From NCBI GenBank assembly GCA_977017575.1, contig CDRNVI010000004.1:248001-312000 (forward strand): a stretch of 64,000 nt of DNA, read 5' to 3'. The translations under genes and the position numbers were made by a program. Every line of letters starts with the position of its first letter. The stretch's first letter is position 1. This DNA comes from Paramoeba atlantica. Its lineage: Eukaryota; Protista; Discosea. This document shows positions 13,401-26,700 of the stretch, in pieces. The notes below the pieces were generated by a model that saw nothing but the letters and a program-made list of their open reading frames with translations, did no database searches and was not told the DNA's origin.

Positions 13401-14432
13401 GTCAGGGGGAATAGGGAATTGGGTAGTCGGGTTGATCTCGGCGAGCATTTCTTCCGCAAAGTTGGCCTGGGTCGTCGAGTTATCGTCTACGTTTCCTTGT
13501 TCACTCACGCAATCGGGTAGCGCATCGATCGGATCGGGCGATTCGTATCGAGGTGTTGAACGCGGTGTTGATATACAATCGTGGTAAATGCGCTGCTCAT
13601 TCGTCGGTGATTCCGGGTTGTTTCTTTCTTGGAGCGTTTGGTTTTTACCTTCACCTACAGCCTCTGCACGGTCTTCCGATTCGTCACTATGATTTTCATC
13701 TCTCCGATGCCATTCTGCACCTCCCAGCGGGACAAGATTCGAGAAGCCGCCGTTCGGATAGCCGACAGCCTCGCACGACTTCCTGGATCCAAAGCGCGAT
13801 CCACACAAAATTGTGTCTGCTGACCCTTCTGGCGGAAAACAAAATCTTTTCTTCCGCTGGTTATTCCGCGAAATGCTTGTTCTCGTTTCTCCGCCTTCTT
13901 CGTTGTACAGATTCCTTGTGGGCAACTCGGTTGGGCGGGTATCGATTGAGCCGGTTATTTCCTTGCGGCGACTGAACAAGCTGGACAGCAGGCCTGTTGA
14001 CAATAGGTTAGCGCTTTTGATTGTTACAGAGCATTTGTTTCCTGCAGTTGACGGGGGGCCCACTCGCGGGGGAATCGACCCGGTGCACGTTTCAGAAGCT
14101 GTTTCGGAGCTTTGATTCGGAGCCTCCTCCACCGAATTCTTAGCCTTATCCTTTTTCTGTCGCAGTGCCTCATGGAATTCCCAGCGCATTTGTTTGCGTT
14201 CCTTCCTCTTTAGGAAAATCTCTTCGTCGGAGAGTATCCGCGCAGTGGGATTCAAAGGTCGAAGAACAATGTCGTCGATAGGTACCTCTACTTCTTCGGC
14301 TCGTACCGCTACACGTGGTGAGTGTGACACTTGTGTTTGTAGTGGCGGTGGTGGTGGCGGTGGTGATTGTAGTGGTAGAAGCTCTGATTGTGGGGGCGAC
14401 GTTGGCGATGGTGGCTGTTTTGGTGGCGGTGG

Positions 14433-14463
<31 letters not shown>

Positions 14464-14633
14464 GGCGGCAGCGGCGGCGGCGGCGGCGGCCGTGGTGGTG
14501 AATCTTCGGGTGGCGCTGGTGGTATTGGCGGCAACGTCGGCATCTCTTTCTTTTTCCGTCGCGTCGTGGGAAGCGATTGGACAACGGGAGCTACCCCCGT
14601 GTCCTTCGCCTTGGCACGCGTTAGCATGCCCAT
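10437..14633 (-). CDS. Family B polyprotein, 1398 aa: poly-Pro N-terminus, Tudor/SH3-like module, RT, CCHC, RLE
   Basis: RPIAMGE, LDFRNAFN, QGSPLS, AYVDD, CPGC..HIPGC, GPDL..YDLTVVH. Confidence 0.93.
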
Positions 14634-14795
14634 TTCGAATAAAAGATTAATATAATCAACAACAAGAGTGAGCCTCTCCGTGAGCTCTTTATCTGAAATA
14701 AGTTAATATCAACTTAGATCATGAGATGATATCAACGTAGATGACGGGGGATTTTATCAAATCGAATAGAGGTTGTAAGTGAAAGGAAATTCTGA

Positions 14796-17700
14796 TTAGT
14801 GTTCAAGTCCTCCGAGCCACTGAATTGGTGGAAAGTATTGTCGGAGTTGCGTGGCAATTGTGTACGCGTTCATCTTCTCTATTTCAAGTTGGAACGCTTC
14901 TTTGACATCCTTCACGTTTTGTTGTGACCGTTGTGCGAGCGAGACAATGAGAGTTTTCGTGTTGTTGTGCAACTGTCCTAATTCGGTCATTGCCAAGCAG
15001 CTGAAACTTTCTTTCGGTATGCCCCCTTGTACAACGTATTTTTTGTGCTTGCGCTCAAGGGCATTTTGGATTAACTGCTCGACGGAGGTTTTGGCATAGC
15101 TCGGGGCACAACTGTGAACTACGGTGACATCGTAGAGAATTTCTCCGAGATGGGACCACATGATACCGAGATCAGGGCCTGATCGCATACGTCTTGCTCT
15201 GCATGGGTGATGTTCAGAGAGCTCTTCGGATATGGTGGCCTTACATTTGGTGCAGAAGAATGATGAATGTACTCGAGGTTCTATAACATGGGGCACCCCT
15301 GCTTTGGCACACAATTCACCTAGGAAACGGACTAATCGTGTGTGCTTCTTCGTTGCATTTATCCCACAGCATTGTGTACATCCAGGAATGTGCTGGAAGA
15401 TGGTATCAGAAGAATATTCTGTCAGGCATCCCGGGCATACCACACTCTTAGGCATATTTTCTGGCACTATTCCCAGGCGCATCATTATACAGAAACGGAA
15501 GAGGTACGGATTGATGTAGTTGCTGGTTGATTGCAGGTGGTGAAATGATGCGGATCCTCGCTCCATTAGTTCTTTGAGGCGCATGTCCTTTCTCAGCTCG
15601 GTTGCAAATCGTTTTTGTTCAGATCGTATTGCTTTCATGACTAATCGCTTGGAAGTATCATTCTTCTGGCTGTCACGTTCGTTCAGAGCCCTGTTTCGCT
15701 TGGATCCCGCTATGACCACCGGAGCGTTATTGGTTTTGGATTGCTCTTCAATGGCTTTGCGAGACGCTTGGAAAAAGTGCTTTTGCTTCAAACATGACGG
15801 AGTAAGTCCGAGTCCGCCGAGATATTGCGGAAGTGTGGCGAGTTTTGCAGTAGGGCCCGTTGCATTAAACCAATGCTGAATAATACTGCCTACTTCCGCG
15901 TCGAACTGCTGGGCGATTTCAAGGGATGCTTCGGGCTTGTGTACTCGGAGGTGATAGTCTTGACGGGGGATGGCGCACCGATTCAGAATTGCGAGGGATA
16001 GGTTGCTCGGTCCCATGAGTCGAAGACGGCGAAAGAGACACTTGTGTTTGTCCATCTTTTTCTTTAGGCATTCACTTACCATCTCGTCCTGTCCGATATA
16101 TGCACCTAGAATTTTCACTGTTTCTTGCGGGCAGGCTACCCCCATCGCTTGCAGAGTTTGGGGCGTCCATGGAGTGTCTGTTTTCTTGAACCATTCGCAT
16201 TTCTGGAAGTTCATTTCCAGTCCCAGAAGTCGTGAAGATTCGTGCAGGTGTAGAAAGGCGGTCTGCAAGGATAGGGGATTTGTTGATGACAAGGTTATGT
16301 CGTCCATGTACGCTCGAACCGTTACATCTGGAAAGGACTCTTCGATTTCTTTGAGCGAATCCTGTATCAGGGCACAGAAGTATAGTGACGAAAGCGCTGA
16401 GCCCTGTCGAACGCCAGAAGTGCTCTTCACGATCGAATGGAGCGAGTTATTGGCAAAGAAGAGCAGATCAGACGAGTCCCCGTACTCAAGATTAAAAATC
16501 CGCATGAAAGGTTTGAAGATGCCGTCTTTCTTGAGTGCTTCGAAGATTGCTTGACGCGTGGGGGTATTGTAGGCATTCTTATAATCGATCGCCAAGATGG
16601 CGTGTCCCTTGTCATATTCATCGAGCAGCTCGTGAACAATTCCCTCGCACGCATTCTTTTGGAGGATCCCTCTTTGGACAGGCTGGAAAAATTTCTTCAG
16701 TTTCTCTTCGTTCCTGTTTAGAAGGATCGAGCCACATACTTTCAATAGAGTCTCCCCAATTGCAATCGGTCGTATTCCGTTCTGCGGTTTGTTGATGGCC
16801 ATTAGTCGACATCGTGTCAGTCTGTCACGCACCGACGATGCGATCTCCCCGTTCACTACATCGCGTAACATATGGCAGAGCGCGGTGCTGGATTCCTCGT
16901 CATCCGCAAGTAGGCGCAACATGGCTTCACTCAATCCCGTAGGGCCCGGGGAAGCTCCCGGAGCCAGTTTCTCTATCGCGGCCCGAAGTTCGTGTTTTTC
17001 GATGATTCCTGTTCGGGGGTCTGCGTCCGTCTGAGCTTGTGGGCGCTCTCCATCGGGATGTAGACTCTTGAGCTCCGCTACTTTCTCCTCAACGCTAAGG
17101 TTCGAGTCAAAATATACGTTGTCGAGGATACGCGTAGCTTTGCTTAGGTTACCAGCCCTAGCCGTTCGAAGCGCACTGCGGATTGATCGGCGGTCGACTT
17201 CACGTTCAAGTTTCTCGTCAGGTGAGGAGAACGCCGGCTCCTCGTTGCGCAATTTGTTTGGCACATGATACTTCCGCTGGATCGCTTGTCGCACAGTGGT
17301 GAGTGAGTCGCGGGGTGCGTTTAGAAACTTGTGCCAGACGGATGTTTTCTCTGTTATAAGCTTGAGCGTGGGATATCCTCGCAGGATTGATCTAAAGATT
17401 GCTATGACGTGAGCGGCAAACGTGGGGTCGATGTGGGCGAGTGGGGGAAGAGGCTCCAAGTCGCATCCCGTGTCACAATCTTGTGTTTCTTCGATATCCA
17501 AAAATGGCGTTTGTGTCACAATACGGTTGAGCTTTACCACCCGTAATCGGAAGATGTTAATCTTGTGAGATGCAGGTAGATATAGAAATCCTGATGGACC
17601 TGGCTGATGCTGCGGTGTGTAGGAAATCTTTACCCTGATTGCACCTTTTCTAGAATGTCGCGTAACAACTTCTCCAATCGACTGATAAATCTCACTGCTG

Positions 17701-18368
17701 TGGCGGAATTTCCAATGTAGCTCGCAAGTAGTTCCTTTTCCCCAGTCGTTGATTATCTTTAGTATTTGGTCCGGAGCTTTCATTGTTTCTTCGGCGACCT
17801 CGGCCACCCGATCGTCCTCCGAGATGTCTGATCCTGATGCAGATGAGCTCTCCGATCCTTCGTCATGTGACATGTCCGCTTGTCCGAGGTTCGCCTTCGT
17901 TAGATCAGAGCTACGGAGTATCACTTTTACCTTTTTCGGAGTTTTCTTCAGTCGTGTCTCTTTTCTGATCTTAATTTTCAAGGATGACTCTCCAGTTTGA
18001 CTTCTTCGTAGAATTTCATTTCTCCGAACACTGGCAAAAGCGGTTTCCTCGTCTTTCGTGTTGTGGCGGCCGTGGTCTGACGTTGGGTTTTTCTCGATGC
18101 TTTGCGCTTTGTGTTCCATCTTCTTTTGCCAGTTGAGGGGAATATGCTGTGGAATGGGGGTTGTGTACATGAGGTCGTCGTACGTGCTAGCGTCTTGGAT
18201 GAGTTTCTTGTTTGCCTCAAACTGGTCCCATGATCCAATCTCGTGTCTATTCGCTTGTTCCGTAAAGTTCAAGTTGTGCTCCTTTACGCCAGTGGACCTC
18301 ACTGCTGCAGTGTTCTGCTGCTGATGCGACGGCGTGCCTTGCGCCGCCCTCGGGGGAGGTTCTGACAT
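14796..18368 (-). CDS. Family A polyprotein, 1190 aa: LsmAD-like, Tudor/SH3-like, RT, CCHC, RLE
   Basis: First ATG after the SL head; RPIAIGE, IDYKNAYN, QGSALS, AYMDD, GPDLG..YDVTV. Confidence 0.93.
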   Translation of the reverse strand: MSEPPPRAAQGTPSHQQQNTAAVRSTGVKEHNLNFTEQANRHEIGSWDQFEANKKLIQDASTYDDLMYTTPIPQHIPLNWQKKMEHKAQSIEKNPTSDHGRHNTKDEETAFASVRRNEILRRSQTGESSLKIKIRKETRLKKTPKKVKVILRSSDLTKANLGQADMSHDEGSESSSASGSDISEDDRVAEVAEETMKAPDQILKIINDWGKGTTCELHWKFRHSSEIYQSIGEVVTRHSRKGAIRVKISYTPQHQPGPSGFLYLPASHKINIFRLRVVKLNRIVTQTPFLDIEETQDCDTGCDLEPLPPLAHIDPTFAAHVIAIFRSILRGYPTLKLITEKTSVWHKFLNAPRDSLTTVRQAIQRKYHVPNKLRNEEPAFSSPDEKLEREVDRRSIRSALRTARAGNLSKATRILDNVYFDSNLSVEEKVAELKSLHPDGERPQAQTDADPRTGIIEKHELRAAIEKLAPGASPGPTGLSEAMLRLLADDEESSTALCHMLRDVVNGEIASSVRDRLTRCRLMAINKPQNGIRPIAIGETLLKVCGSILLNRNEEKLKKFFQPVQRGILQKNACEGIVHELLDEYDKGHAILAIDYKNAYNTPTRQAIFEALKKDGIFKPFMRIFNLEYGDSSDLLFFANNSLHSIVKSTSGVRQGSALSSLYFCALIQDSLKEIEESFPDVTVRAYMDDITLSSTNPLSLQTAFLHLHESSRLLGLEMNFQKCEWFKKTDTPWTPQTLQAMGVACPQETVKILGAYIGQDEMVSECLKKKMDKHKCLFRRLRLMGPSNLSLAILNRCAIPRQDYHLRVHKPEASLEIAQQFDAEVGSIIQHWFNATGPTAKLATLPQYLGGLGLTPSCLKQKHFFQASRKAIEEQSKTNNAPVVIAGSKRNRALNERDSQKNDTSKRLVMKAIRSEQKRFATELRKDMRLKELMERGSASFHHLQSTSNYINPYLFRFCIMMRLGIVPENMPKSVVCPGCLTEYSSDTIFQHIPGCTQCCGINATKKHTRLVRFLGELCAKAGVPHVIEPRVHSSFFCTKCKATISEELSEHHPCRARRMRSGPDLGIMWSHLGEILYDVTVVHSCAPSYAKTSVEQLIQNALERKHKKYVVQGGIPKESFSCLAMTELGQLHNNTKTLIVSLAQRSQQNVKDVKEAFQLEIEKMNAYTIATQLRQYFPPIQWLGGLEH

Positions 18369-18414
18369 AAAAGAAAGAAAAGCAAAGTAGTAAAAATTCA
18401 ACAAGGTACAGAAA

Positions 18415-18823
18415 TAATAATAATAATAATAATAATATACCACTTTCTGACTAAGTGGCTAAGTGTTCGACTATTATGACAAAGAAATGTTGACATTATC
18501 TTTCGCTACTCCTAAATGCCGCTTACAACAGGAATGTAGACATGAGGCCTTATCACGGCACTTATGGCCGCATTCGGCCGTAGAATTTATAACTCTACAC
18601 GCTGTGGTTGAGGGATTCACTGGTTCACGCACGAGTTCGACTGCTGCCTCGTTCGCTAGTTTGTCCACGAGTTCATTCATAAAGTTTCCGCTATGAGCTC
18701 GAACTTTCACTACGAAAATCTTGTATTTCTTCAAAATCGAACGGGCCAAGCTGGAAATACGTTCAAGCAAATCTGCATTTTCCCAGTCTGCGTATTTACC
18801 CAACTGATACGGTACACGTACTT
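18415..18823 (-). pseudogene. RNase H C-half with (TAT)n tail
   Basis: ORF 18474-18803; joins in frame to 27372-27615 at aagtac. Confidence 0.88.
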
Positions 18824-19212
18824 CAAATAAAGGCGATAATCGTATGGACTAAACTGCAAATTCAATCATTCTTAATATTTCATATATTTCGTCTGAACTA
18901 TTACCTGACTTTCCGAGTTACGACTATATACGTTGACAACGCCTGCGTAGCGAAAACTACGAAATTCAGATGAAAAGCTGCCTCCAGTGACTTTACATTC
19001 TTTGCTTAATAAAATTCACAAGCTTAAGAACACACTTTTTATAAAGAACACACTTTTTATAAAGAACACCTACCAAGAATATAAAGAATGAATAATGAGT
19101 AAACTATTAAAACAAGCAAAATTCACTCCAAACAAACAAAATTCACTCCTTGGTTCCTCCTATTGTAAAGCATATTGAGAAAAGTACAGACATTAACAGC
19201 AGCAATACTCTC

Positions 19213-22200
19213 TTAACAAAAAGAAGGGTCTTAACAAAAAGAAGGGTCTTAACAAAAAGAAGGGTCTTAACAAAAGTCTTAACAAAAGCCCGTGGAGCGC
19301 ATATATTATATACGCGCCGATTACTATCAAATGTTCACATTCTAATAAACTAATATCCCTTTCTTTTCTTAAGAAGTATTTGAGATGACAAGCTTAAAAA
19401 CTCGTCTCAGTGTATTGGTCGTGAGCTAGAAACTGGCGGAGTTGAGCGTGGAGGATACTTCCTGCCTGTTCCTGGTGGAGTAGCGTAAATGTTTCCATTA
19501 CGCTGTGTCTCTCTAGCCCGCAACGGTCCGCAATAGCCCACAGGAGATTTCGAGTGGCGTTGTGCATGGAACCGCAGGACAGAACAGGGATACATTCAAA
19601 GCATTCCTTGTTTATCATGCCACTGTCAACATAGCGTACACGCTTGCGCTTTATCGCTTCGTTCATGAGGAATGTCGTATTGTGTTTGATATTCGAGGGA
19701 GCCAGTTCGTGAACTACTGTGAGGTCGTAGTATTTCTCTCCTGAAGCCCATTGAATTGCGAGGTCGGGGCCCGTGCGACGCAGAGTACTTCCAACACATG
19801 TCCTGGCATGTTCCGTTTTGTTTTCAGGGTGGATCGTGGCTGCGCACGCAGAGCACTCATAGTAACTGAACTGACGAGGTTCACGTTCACACGGCAAGCC
19901 AGCTCGGAGGCATAGCTCGTAAAGGTAGCGAACAAGGGCATGATGCTTCGTAGTTACATTGTGTCCTGCACATTTGACGCATCCAGGTATGTGGGTTAGC
20001 GCTTCCGAGGAGCTTAGCAGCTTTTTGCATCCCGGGCATAGCAACGAGTTTGGCAGTTGTGGGTGGCTTATTTTTAGTCGTGACATGATGTTTAGCGTGT
20101 AGATGTGCGAAGGAATGATTTTGCGATTCCCGATAGGCCATTCATAGCTCCCTTTCTTGCTGCAAGCTTTAATCGTCGGAGCCCACTCCTTGTTTTTGAG
20201 AAGATTTGTCTGGATTTCTGTGGCTCTTTTGGTCTCCGTCACCACCTCGTCCTCAGGTGTCTTATGTGATTCCTCCAACGTCCCTGCAGGTGCTGGCGGT
20301 TCCATGCGCTGTGCCATCCGAGCTGAAAAGGATTTTTGATGCTCAAAAACGGCATGTCGCGATGAAGTGTACGCAGCGTTCCGCAAGGGTTCTGTTGCTG
20401 GAATACCCAATCCACCTTTCTTTAAAGGTAGTCTTGCTATCATTTCTTGCTCTGGACTCAGAGGTCCCAACCACGATGTGACGACATTCTTGATCTCGTG
20501 GTCAAATTTTTGCGCTAGCTCAAGTGAGGCCTCTGGTTTATGTACCCGTACGTGATAACGGTGCCGAACGTTTACGCTGCGCGATAGCAAAAGCAGGGAC
20601 GCGTTGTTGGCACCCATCTTTTTAAGACGTCTGAATATCGTATGGTGTTTTTCCAGCGTTCGGATTAATTCGGATCCTATGCGCTGTTCCTCCCCAACGA
20701 ATGCACCCAGTACTTTAATGACTTCGCTCTCTGTACGCACACCTTCTTCTTTGAGTGTTGATGGAATGGGGGCGTCGCTTTTCCCTTCAAACCAGATGCA
20801 TTTTTCGTTATTGAGTTGAATTCCTTCAGTGAGAAGCAGGGTTTGTAACCGGTGGTATGCCGCCTCGACCTCTTTTCCACTAGGAGAAGTGAGGCTGACG
20901 TCGTCGACGTAAGCTAGAACTTTGACGTTTGGAAATTCCTGCGCTATGGTCTCCAACATGGGTTGCAGAAAGCAGCAAAAGAAAACCGTCGACAGTGGGG
21001 AGCCTTGACGAACACCTGCATTGCTCTCAAGTACGCTGTACAATGTACCGGTATGTCCGTAAAAAAGAAGTTCTGAGGCTTCTTTGTATTGCGCCGCAAA
21101 CACTCTTTGAAAGGGCTTCATTGTGGCGAAACCAAAGACTGCTTTTGCTATTTCGTCACGGGATGGAACGTTGAATGCGTTGCGAAAGTCGAGCGATAAA
21201 ATGACGTGGCCTTGCTCATATAGATCACTGAGATTATGTATTACGCTTTCACAACCGGATTTGGATAACACTCCTTGTTGAAGGGGCTGGAATAAGGTAG
21301 CGAGCGATGATTCGTGTCGAAGTAATAGGACGAGTTCAGCGAGTTTTAGTAGTGTTTCTCCCATGGCGATTGGACGAACTCCTCCATTTGGCTTTGGAAT
21401 AGCCACCAATCGAGCTCTTTTCAATCGTCGCATAATGTCGGTAGGCAGCACCCCGTTGACCAGATCCACTAGCATGTGGCACAAGCTTCTGCAGCATATT
21501 TCGTCGTCGATTAGCAGGCGGAGAATGACGTCATTCATCCCGGTCGGACCTGGAGATGAACCTTTGGCCAACCGGCGACCAGCAAGTCGAAGTTCCTCGG
21601 GCGATATGCAAGCCATTGCCGGCGCATCGGGTGGCAACGTGAAGGTGCAAGGATGCTTTGGATGTAGTTTCTCCAATTTTTCCAGAATTTCCTGATCTGA
21701 CGCACTTGTTGTGATCATTTCCCGGTCTAAAATTTTAGTAGCCCTGGATGTCGCACCCTCCTTTACTAGCCGCATTGCTTTCTTAATGGCTCGATTGTCA
21801 CCGTTTTCTTCGTGGGTCTTGTTGGTATCGTTGCGTGATCGAAAAGGGCGATTCCTGCGTCTTCTTTCTGATTCGGCCCGTACGGTCGCCAATGAGAACT
21901 TGACTGCCGATAGCAACTTATGCCATATCTGGTTTTTGAGCTTTTGCGGACTATCCGCGTATTCACGTATGAGGTCTCTGAAAATTGAAATGACACATGG
22001 AATGAATTCGGTTTCAATGGTTTTTGTCGTGGGAAGTGGTTCAAAGTCAAGGTCTTCTTGCGTGTGGCTGGCATTGCTTGCATGAAATACTGGTTCATCC
22101 GATGTTTCATTTTCACCTTCCCACACTAAACGGAAAATTCGTACATTAGGTGGCGGTGGTAAGGTTCCATTGTACTTTTTCCCTCGACAGTGTCCATGTA

Positions 22201-23389
22201 TCCCTTCGTATTCCAGATTAACTTGTCCTGATCCCTTTCTTACTTTAGTCTTGGTGACGATTCCTTGTGATATGTTAATAGCCGTTTGTCGATCGAAAGT
22301 CCAAGCAACGACGCAGCGCTGACCTACCTTGCTTTTGCATGCCATTTTCCAGATGATGTCAGGGGGAATAGGGAATTGGGTAGTCGGGTTGATCTCGGCG
22401 AGCATTTCTTCCGCAAAGTTGGCCTGGGTCGTCGAGTTATCGTCTACGTTTCCTTGTTCACTCACGCAATCGGGTAGCGCATCGATCGGATCGGGCGATT
22501 CGTATCGAGGTGTTGAACGCGGTGTTGATATACAATCGTGGTAAATGCGCTGCTCATTCGTCGGTGATTCCGGGTTGTTTCTTTCTTGGAGCGTTTGGTT
22601 TTTACCTTCACCTACAGCCTCTGCACGGTCTTCCGATTCGTCACTATGATTTTCATCTCTCCGATGCCATTCTGCACCTCCCAGCGGGACAAGATTCGAG
22701 AAGCCGCCGTTCGGATAGCCGACAGCCTCGCACGACTTCCTGGATCCAAAGCGCGATCCACACAAAATTGTGTCTGCTGACCCTTCTGGCGGAAAACAAA
22801 ATCTTTTCTTCCGCTGGTTATTCCGCGAAATGCTTGTTCTCGTTTCTCCGCCTTCTTCGTTGTACAGATTCCTTGTGGGCAACTCGGTTGGGCGGGTATC
22901 GATTGAGCCGGTTATTTCCTTGCGGCGACTGAACAAGCTGGACAGCAGGCCTGTTGACAATAGGTTAGCGCTTTTGATTGTTACAGAGCATTTGTTTCCT
23001 GCAGTTGACGGGGGGCCCACTCGCGGGGGAATCGACCCGGTGCACGTTTCAGAAGCTGTTTCGGAGCTTTGATTCGGAGCCTCCTCCACCGAATTCTTAG
23101 CCTTATCCTTTTTCTGTCGCAGTGCCTCATGGAATTCCCAGCGCATTTGTTTGCGTTCCTTCCTCTTTAGGAAAATCTCTTCGTCGGAGAGTATCCGCGC
23201 AGTGGGATTCAAAGGTCGAAGAACAATGTCGTCGATAGGTACCTCTACTTCTTCGGCTCGTACCGCTACACGTGGTGAGTGTGACACTTGTGTTTGTAGT
23301 GGCGGTGGTGGTGGCGGTGGTGATTGTAGTGGTAGAAGCTCTGATTGTGGGGGCGACGTTGGCGATGGTGGCTGTTTTGGTGGCGGTGG

Positions 23390-23420
<31 letters not shown>

Positions 23421-23630
23421 GGCGGCAGCGGCGGCGGCGGCGGCGGCCGTGGTGGTGAATCTTCGGGTGGCGCTGGTGGTATTGGCGGCAACGTCGGCAT
23501 CTCTTTCTTTTTCCGTCGCGTCGTGGGAAGCGATTGGACAACGGGAGCTACCCCCGTGTCCTTCGCCTTGGCACGCGTTAGCATGCCCATTTCGAATAAA
23601 AGATTAATATAATCAACAACAAGAGTGAGC
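19213..23630 (-). mobile_element. Family B copy 2
   Basis: Identical translation to copy 1; ctctc TSD 19208-19212 / 23631-23635. Confidence 0.9.
19394..23590 (-). CDS. Family B polyprotein, 1398 aa
   Basis: Same protein as 10437-14633. Confidence 0.93.
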
Positions 23631-23752
23631 CTCTCCGTGAGCTCTTTATCTGAAATAAGTTAATATCAACTTAGATCATGAGATGATATCAACGTAGATG
23701 ACGGGGGATTTTATCAAATCGAATAGAGGTTGTAAGTGAAAGGAAATTCTGA

Positions 23753-26700
23753 TTAGTGTTCAAGTCCTCCGAGCCACTGAATTGGTGGAAAGTATTGTCG
23801 GAGTTGCGTGGCAATTGTGTACGCGTTCATCTTCTCTATTTCAAGTTGGAACGCTTCTTTGACATCCTTCACGTTTTGTTGTGACCGTTGTGCGAGCGAG
23901 ACAATGAGAGTTTTCGTGTTGTTGTGCAACTGTCCTAATTCGGTCATTGCCAAGCAGCTGAAACTTTCTTTCGGTATGCCCCCTTGTACAACGTATTTTT
24001 TGTGCTTGCGCTCAAGGGCATTTTGGATTAACTGCTCGACGGAGGTTTTGGCATAGCTCGGGGCACAACTGTGAACTACGGTGACATCGTAGAGAATTTC
24101 TCCGAGATGGGACCACATGATACCGAGATCAGGGCCTGATCGCATACGTCTTGCTCTGCATGGGTGATGTTCAGAGAGCTCTTCGGATATGGTGGCCTTA
24201 CATTTGGTGCAGAAGAATGATGAATGTACTCGAGGTTCTATAACATGGGGCACCCCTGCTTTGGCACACAATTCACCTAGGAAACGGACTAATCGTGTGT
24301 GCTTCTTCGTTGCATTTATCCCACAGCATTGTGTACATCCAGGAATGTGCTGGAAGATGGTATCAGAAGAATATTCTGTCAGGCATCCCGGGCATACCAC
24401 ACTCTTAGGCATATTTTCTGGCACTATTCCCAGGCGCATCATTATACAGAAACGGAAGAGGTACGGATTGATGTAGTTGCTGGTTGATTGCAGGTGGTGA
24501 AATGATGCGGATCCTCGCTCCATTAGTTCTTTGAGGCGCATGTCCTTTCTCAGCTCGGTTGCAAATCGTTTTTGTTCAGATCGTATTGCTTTCATGACTA
24601 ATCGCTTGGAAGTATCATTCTTCTGGCTGTCACGTTCGTTCAGAGCCCTGTTTCGCTTGGATCCCGCTATGACCACCGGAGCGTTATTGGTTTTGGATTG
24701 CTCTTCAATGGCTTTGCGAGACGCTTGGAAAAAGTGCTTTTGCTTCAAACATGACGGAGTAAGTCCGAGTCCGCCGAGATATTGCGGAAGTGTGGCGAGT
24801 TTTGCAGTAGGGCCCGTTGCATTAAACCAATGCTGAATAATACTGCCTACTTCCGCGTCGAACTGCTGGGCGATTTCAAGGGATGCTTCGGGCTTGTGTA
24901 CTCGGAGGTGATAGTCTTGACGGGGGATGGCGCACCGATTCAGAATTGCGAGGGATAGGTTGCTCGGTCCCATGAGTCGAAGACGGCGAAAGAGACACTT
25001 GTGTTTGTCCATCTTTTTCTTTAGGCATTCACTTACCATCTCGTCCTGTCCGATATATGCACCTAGAATTTTCACTGTTTCTTGCGGGCAGGCTACCCCC
25101 ATCGCTTGCAGAGTTTGGGGCGTCCATGGAGTGTCTGTTTTCTTGAACCATTCGCATTTCTGGAAGTTCATTTCCAGTCCCAGAAGTCGTGAAGATTCGT
25201 GCAGGTGTAGAAAGGCGGTCTGCAAGGATAGGGGATTTGTTGATGACAAGGTTATGTCGTCCATGTACGCTCGAACCGTTACATCTGGAAAGGACTCTTC
25301 GATTTCTTTGAGCGAATCCTGTATCAGGGCACAGAAGTATAGTGACGAAAGCGCTGAGCCCTGTCGAACGCCAGAAGTGCTCTTCACGATCGAATGGAGC
25401 GAGTTATTGGCAAAGAAGAGCAGATCAGACGAGTCCCCGTACTCAAGATTAAAAATCCGCATGAAAGGTTTGAAGATGCCGTCTTTCTTGAGTGCTTCGA
25501 AGATTGCTTGACGCGTGGGGGTATTGTAGGCATTCTTATAATCGATCGCCAAGATGGCGTGTCCCTTGTCATATTCATCGAGCAGCTCGTGAACAATTCC
25601 CTCGCACGCATTCTTTTGGAGGATCCCTCTTTGGACAGGCTGGAAAAATTTCTTCAGTTTCTCTTCGTTCCTGTTTAGAAGGATCGAGCCACATACTTTC
25701 AATAGAGTCTCCCCAATTGCAATCGGTCGTATTCCGTTCTGCGGTTTGTTGATGGCCATTAGTCGACATCGTGTCAGTCTGTCACGCACCGACGATGCGA
25801 TCTCCCCGTTCACTACATCGCGTAACATATGGCAGAGCGCGGTGCTGGATTCCTCGTCATCCGCAAGTAGGCGCAACATGGCTTCACTCAATCCCGTAGG
25901 GCCCGGGGAAGCTCCCGGAGCCAGTTTCTCTATCGCGGCCCGAAGTTCGTGTTTTTCGATGATTCCTGTTCGGGGGTCTGCGTCCGTCTGAGCTTGTGGG
26001 CGCTCTCCATCGGGATGTAGACTCTTGAGCTCCGCTACTTTCTCCTCAACGCTAAGGTTCGAGTCAAAATATACGTTGTCGAGGATACGCGTAGCTTTGC
26101 TTAGGTTACCAGCCCTAGCCGTTCGAAGCGCACTGCGGATTGATCGGCGGTCGACTTCACGTTCAAGTTTCTCGTCAGGTGAGGAGAACGCCGGCTCCTC
26201 GTTGCGCAATTTGTTTGGCACATGATACTTCCGCTGGATCGCTTGTCGCACAGTGGTGAGTGAGTCGCGGGGTGCGTTTAGAAACTTGTGCCAGACGGAT
26301 GTTTTCTCTGTTATAAGCTTGAGCGTGGGATATCCTCGCAGGATTGATCTAAAGATTGCTATGACGTGAGCGGCAAACGTGGGGTCGATGTGGGCGAGTG
26401 GGGGAAGAGGCTCCAAGTCGCATCCCGTGTCACAATCTTGTGTTTCTTCGATATCCAAAAATGGCGTTTGTGTCACAATACGGTTGAGCTTTACCACCCG
26501 TAATCGGAAGATGTTAATCTTGTGAGATGCAGGTAGATATAGAAATCCTGATGGACCTGGCTGATGCTGCGGTGTGTAGGAAATCTTTACCCTGATTGCA
26601 CCTTTTCTAGAATGTCGCGTAACAACTTCTCCAATCGACTGATAAATCTCACTGCTGTGGCGGAATTTCCAATGTAGCTCGCAAGTAGTTCCTTTTCCCC

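Larger units (their letters stand above)
10256..14673 (-). mobile_element. CRE-like RLE retrotransposon, family B copy 1
   Basis: 5-bp TSD ctctc (10251-10255 / 14674-14678; single at the empty sites near 422 and 5340); tail of 18-bp repeats. Confidence 0.9.
9867..18414 (-). mobile_element. Family A copy 3, intact ORF, with family B nested in its 3' UTR
   Basis: SL head 18399-18414; ORF 14796-18368; 3' UTR split at ctctc. Confidence 0.9.

Noticed and set aside
14194-14655. Plus-strand Gly-rich and Ala/Val-rich ORFs (also 23151-23612, 51350-51826) and other short plus-strand ORFs
   Set aside because: Antisense shadows of poly-Pro codons or of the long minus-strand ORFs; no independent motifs
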